Below are positions 24,939 to 27,219 of a DNA stretch of 27,219 bases, piece by piece. This stretch comes from Thermoplasmata archaeon (GTDB lineage Archaea > Thermoplasmatota > Thermoplasmata > RBG-16-68-12 > JAFNFQ01): assembly GCA_041489255.1 (NCBI GenBank), contig JBGPQV010000028.1:1-27219 (forward strand), read 5' to 3'. Below the pieces are notes generated by a model that saw nothing but the letters and a program-made list of their open reading frames with translations, did not search any database and was not told the origin of the DNA. Each line of letters begins with the position of its first letter. Position 1 is the stretch's first letter. The position numbers and the translations under genes were made by a program.

Positions 24939-26231
24939 ATGCTCAAAGGCCACGTGGGAAGACGAGTTGCGGAGGCGGGCATTGCCATTGTCTATTCAGG
25001 AGTCAGCTATCAGAGGCGTGCGATAGATTCTCAGCCATTCTTGAAGGAATTGCTAATATTGCCAATCTACAACCTTCCTGGACTTGACTTGAGCGCATAC
25101 AAAGCGCTGATTTTCCCGAGGGGCACAGATCAAGAATTCATGTTCCTTATGAGGCAGAAGATGAGACAATTCCTGGACGGCGGCGGAATTGTAGTCGCTT
25201 TCGGTGAAATCTCAGAAAAGTGGCTGCCGTCTTGCAGATGGCATCCCGCTATTCCGGCAGACAATGAGCTTCCTATTCTGCCCGGGAATCATCCGATTCT
25301 CAAAGGACTTCGAAGTGAGGATCTTCGCTGGCACAAGGGCCTGACTAAGATGTGTTCTCATGGGCATTTCTCAGCACCATCGGCTAGCGAGGTTCTTGTC
25401 CAGAATACGAAAGGTAACGCAATTGCCTACATCGACAGGAGTAGCACGAATGGAACGATTGTGGCGATGTCAAATCTGGATGCATTCTGCCATGCCTCCT
25501 TGGGGGAGAAAGGGGCTGTGCGATTGCTAAGGAACCTAATCACGTGGCTAAGGGTTGAGACGAAGCGAATTGAGAAACCCCTTGAGCGTCCTTCGCCAAG
25601 AATTGCTGTGCTATATTCCGGAGTAAAAATAAACCGCGATGCTTTCGCGCTTGAGCGACTGGGGCATCCAGTCGAGTTGGTGAATGCATTCATGTTTCCT
25701 CAGGTTAATATCTGCGACTTCGACATTCTCGTGGTCCCGCGCGAAAGCAGTCAAGAGGTCTTGGTTCGGACAAGAAGTAAGATTAGACAGTTTCTAGATA
25801 ATGGGAAAACGCTCATAGCATTTGGAGAGGTGACTCGGCCTTGGCTCCGTGACTGCAAATGGTTTGATAATGAGGTAGACGTTCAGGCATTACGGATGCC
25901 GAATCCGTCACATCCTCTATTCAGGGGACTGGAGAAAAAAGACATCCAATGGCACGCGCACGGTACCTTTCAAAAGCTCCCGGGTGTCGAAGTATTGATA
26001 GAGGAAGAATCTGGGGGAGTCATCATGTATGTAGACCGACGCGGCCATGATGGCACGATATTGGCCACCACCCTCGATCCAGAATTCCATGTCGGATACG
26101 GCTCAAATAGAACGCTTAAGATCCTCAAGAGTATCATTGAATGGGCAATCGAAGACTTTATCGGAAGGACGGAAGGAGGTGCAGATTGTGGAGAGCCGAG
26201 TCTTGGTACTGAATTCAGGAATACATCATGA
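24939..26231 (+). CDS. Protein with two tandem class I GATase-like domains
   Basis: Internal duplication: YSGV, (F/V)PR..Q, RQFLDxG, FGE...WL, HPxxxGL..D..WH, HG.F, Y(I/V)DR, GTI.A..LD...H. The fold call is an inference from the beta/alpha pattern (FLDGGGIVVAFG). Confidence 0.8.
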   Translation: MLKGHVGRRVAEAGIAIVYSGVSYQRRAIDSQPFLKELLILPIYNLPGLDLSAYKALIFPRGTDQEFMFLMRQKMRQFLDGGGIVVAFGEISEKWLPSCRWHPAIPADNELPILPGNHPILKGLRSEDLRWHKGLTKMCSHGHFSAPSASEVLVQNTKGNAIAYIDRSSTNGTIVAMSNLDAFCHASLGEKGAVRLLRNLITWLRVETKRIEKPLERPSPRIAVLYSGVKINRDAFALERLGHPVELVNAFMFPQVNICDFDILVVPRESSQEVLVRTRSKIRQFLDNGKTLIAFGEVTRPWLRDCKWFDNEVDVQALRMPNPSHPLFRGLEKKDIQWHAHGTFQKLPGVEVLIEEESGGVIMYVDRRGHDGTILATTLDPEFHVGYGSNRTLKILKSIIEWAIEDFIGRTEGGADCGEPSLGTEFRNTS

Positions 26232-27066
26232 GGCTGCGTTCAAATGGATGTCCGATCCAAAACCTGAATACCTGTACGCTGCAGAACTCAAGAAAGAGAG
26301 CCTACTGAAGAGCGACATTGTCATTGTGCCGTTTCATACGGACCAAATAGCTCTTCACAGACACAGAGGGAAACTAGAGAGTTTCGTGAAAAAGGGTGGT
26401 GTCTTGGTGATATTGGGCGCCACGCAAGAAGGGGACCTGGGCTGGCTTCCTTTCTGTCGATGGAAGACTCCTTTCTCCAAGGTATTGAAGATCGATAAAT
26501 CCACCTCGGATGGTTCCATCATATTCAAGGATATAGAGGAGCCAGAGGCCCTGAGGTTTCACCGTGACTTCTTCGCACATGGAACTCTATTACCTGGATT
26601 CAGCGAAGATAAGATCAGCGTTCTTGGGCGAGCAGAGAAAGATTCGATAGTAATGTTCGTCCGAAGGTGTGGCTTCAAAGGAAGCCTATTCTGTACGACT
26701 CTCGATCCAGATTATCATTCAGTTTCTGAGGTCCCAGATGTCGACGAGCAAAGAACGACGCAAGATCGGGCTGCCAAACTTCTTGAAAACATAATAAACT
26801 GGGCAATTCTCGAAGCGAAAGGAAAGTCTCCACGGACTCGACGATTGCGAAGATTAGAAGGATACTTGGGAGGTTTTGTCAACGGATCCCTCTTTCTGCT
26901 GATGCTGATCTTCCCAGTCACAGTCGGATTGTACTTTCTCCTTTCAGAGAGACTAAAATACCAAGCGCCGGCCGTCGAAGCAGGGCTCGCCACACTCGGG
27001 CTTATTGAGTTCGCCGCCACCATTATCGGGCTGTCCTTGGAGAGAAGACAGGCTAAAAAGGAGTAG
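26188..27066 (+). CDS. Third paralogous GATase-like domain fused to two C-terminal TM helices
   Basis: GGAGGT SD at 26175-26180 then GTG 26188. Motifs VPFHTDQ, FVKKGGVLVILG, WLPFCRW, FH...HGTL, TTLDPDYH; TM segments FVNGSLFLLMLIFPVTVGLYFLL and AGLATLGLIEFAATIIGLSL. Confidence 0.82.
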   Translation: MESRVLVLNSGIHHEAAFKWMSDPKPEYLYAAELKKESLLKSDIVIVPFHTDQIALHRHRGKLESFVKKGGVLVILGATQEGDLGWLPFCRWKTPFSKVLKIDKSTSDGSIIFKDIEEPEALRFHRDFFAHGTLLPGFSEDKISVLGRAEKDSIVMFVRRCGFKGSLFCTTLDPDYHSVSEVPDVDEQRTTQDRAAKLLENIINWAILEAKGKSPRTRRLRRLEGYLGGFVNGSLFLLMLIFPVTVGLYFLLSERLKYQAPAVEAGLATLGLIEFAATIIGLSLERRQAKKE

Positions 27067-27078
27067 CTTCAATCAAAC

Positions 27079-27219
27079 CTAGTGTAGTGTATCGTAAGTC
27101 CGTCGGTACTTCTCGACCTTTCGCAGAATCTCGTCCACCGTGGCCGTCCACTTGAACGGTTTCGGGTCGGCGTTGTGCTCGTCGAGCCAGCCTTGGATGG
27201 CGGTCTCCAGTTCGGGGAC
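27079..27219 (-). mobile_element. C-terminal fragment and right end of IS630-family transposase
   Basis: Minus strand reads VPELETAIQGWLDEHNADPKPFKWTATVDEILRKVEKYRRTYDTLH*. HN-xx-PKPFxWT is typical of IS630, and the stop falls in CTAG, consistent with the TA target of IS630. Confidence 0.88.

Larger units (their letters stand above)
14700..27219. mobile_element. Putative integrated element / accessory island (boundaries approximate)
   Basis: Three recombinases directly follow the housekeeping block, then genes with weaker GC3 bias, defence-like cargo and a terminal IS. No att site was proven. Confidence 0.55.

Overview
Archaeal DNA, most likely a Thermoplasmata-type lineage (inferred from PAN, aMBF1, DUF2240, RAD55 ATPases, a PEF C-terminal sorting signal and many apparently leaderless genes). 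Both ends run into transposase C-termini (IS481-like on the left, IS630-like on the right), so the window is probably a whole contig broken at IS copies. The left part (~0.9-14.7 kb, GC-rich, host-like) holds pan, mbf1, DUF2240 and an unannotated multi-hairpin box H/ACA guide RNA (~3680-3880) whose pockets match 23S rRNA helix 69 and the peptidyl-transferase loop. It also holds an operon of wHTH, RAD55/KaiC ATPase and a 2284-aa protein (degenerate KaiC, TPR, Zn ribbon, TNG repeats, TM, large ectodomain, PEF-CTERM), followed by a METTL5-like methyltransferase, a Rab-like GTPase-wHTH fusion and a peroxiredoxin. The right part (~14.9-27.2 kb, visibly less GC-rich beyond ~18 kb) looks like an accessory or integrated island. 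It carries three atypical serine recombinases (two with dual-coding overlapping 3' ends), wHTH proteins, a SIR2-like and an AbiGi-like candidate defence gene, and a two-gene cassette with three His-rich GATase-like domains, the last fused to two TM helices. All family calls come from motif recognition by eye; no database searches were run.
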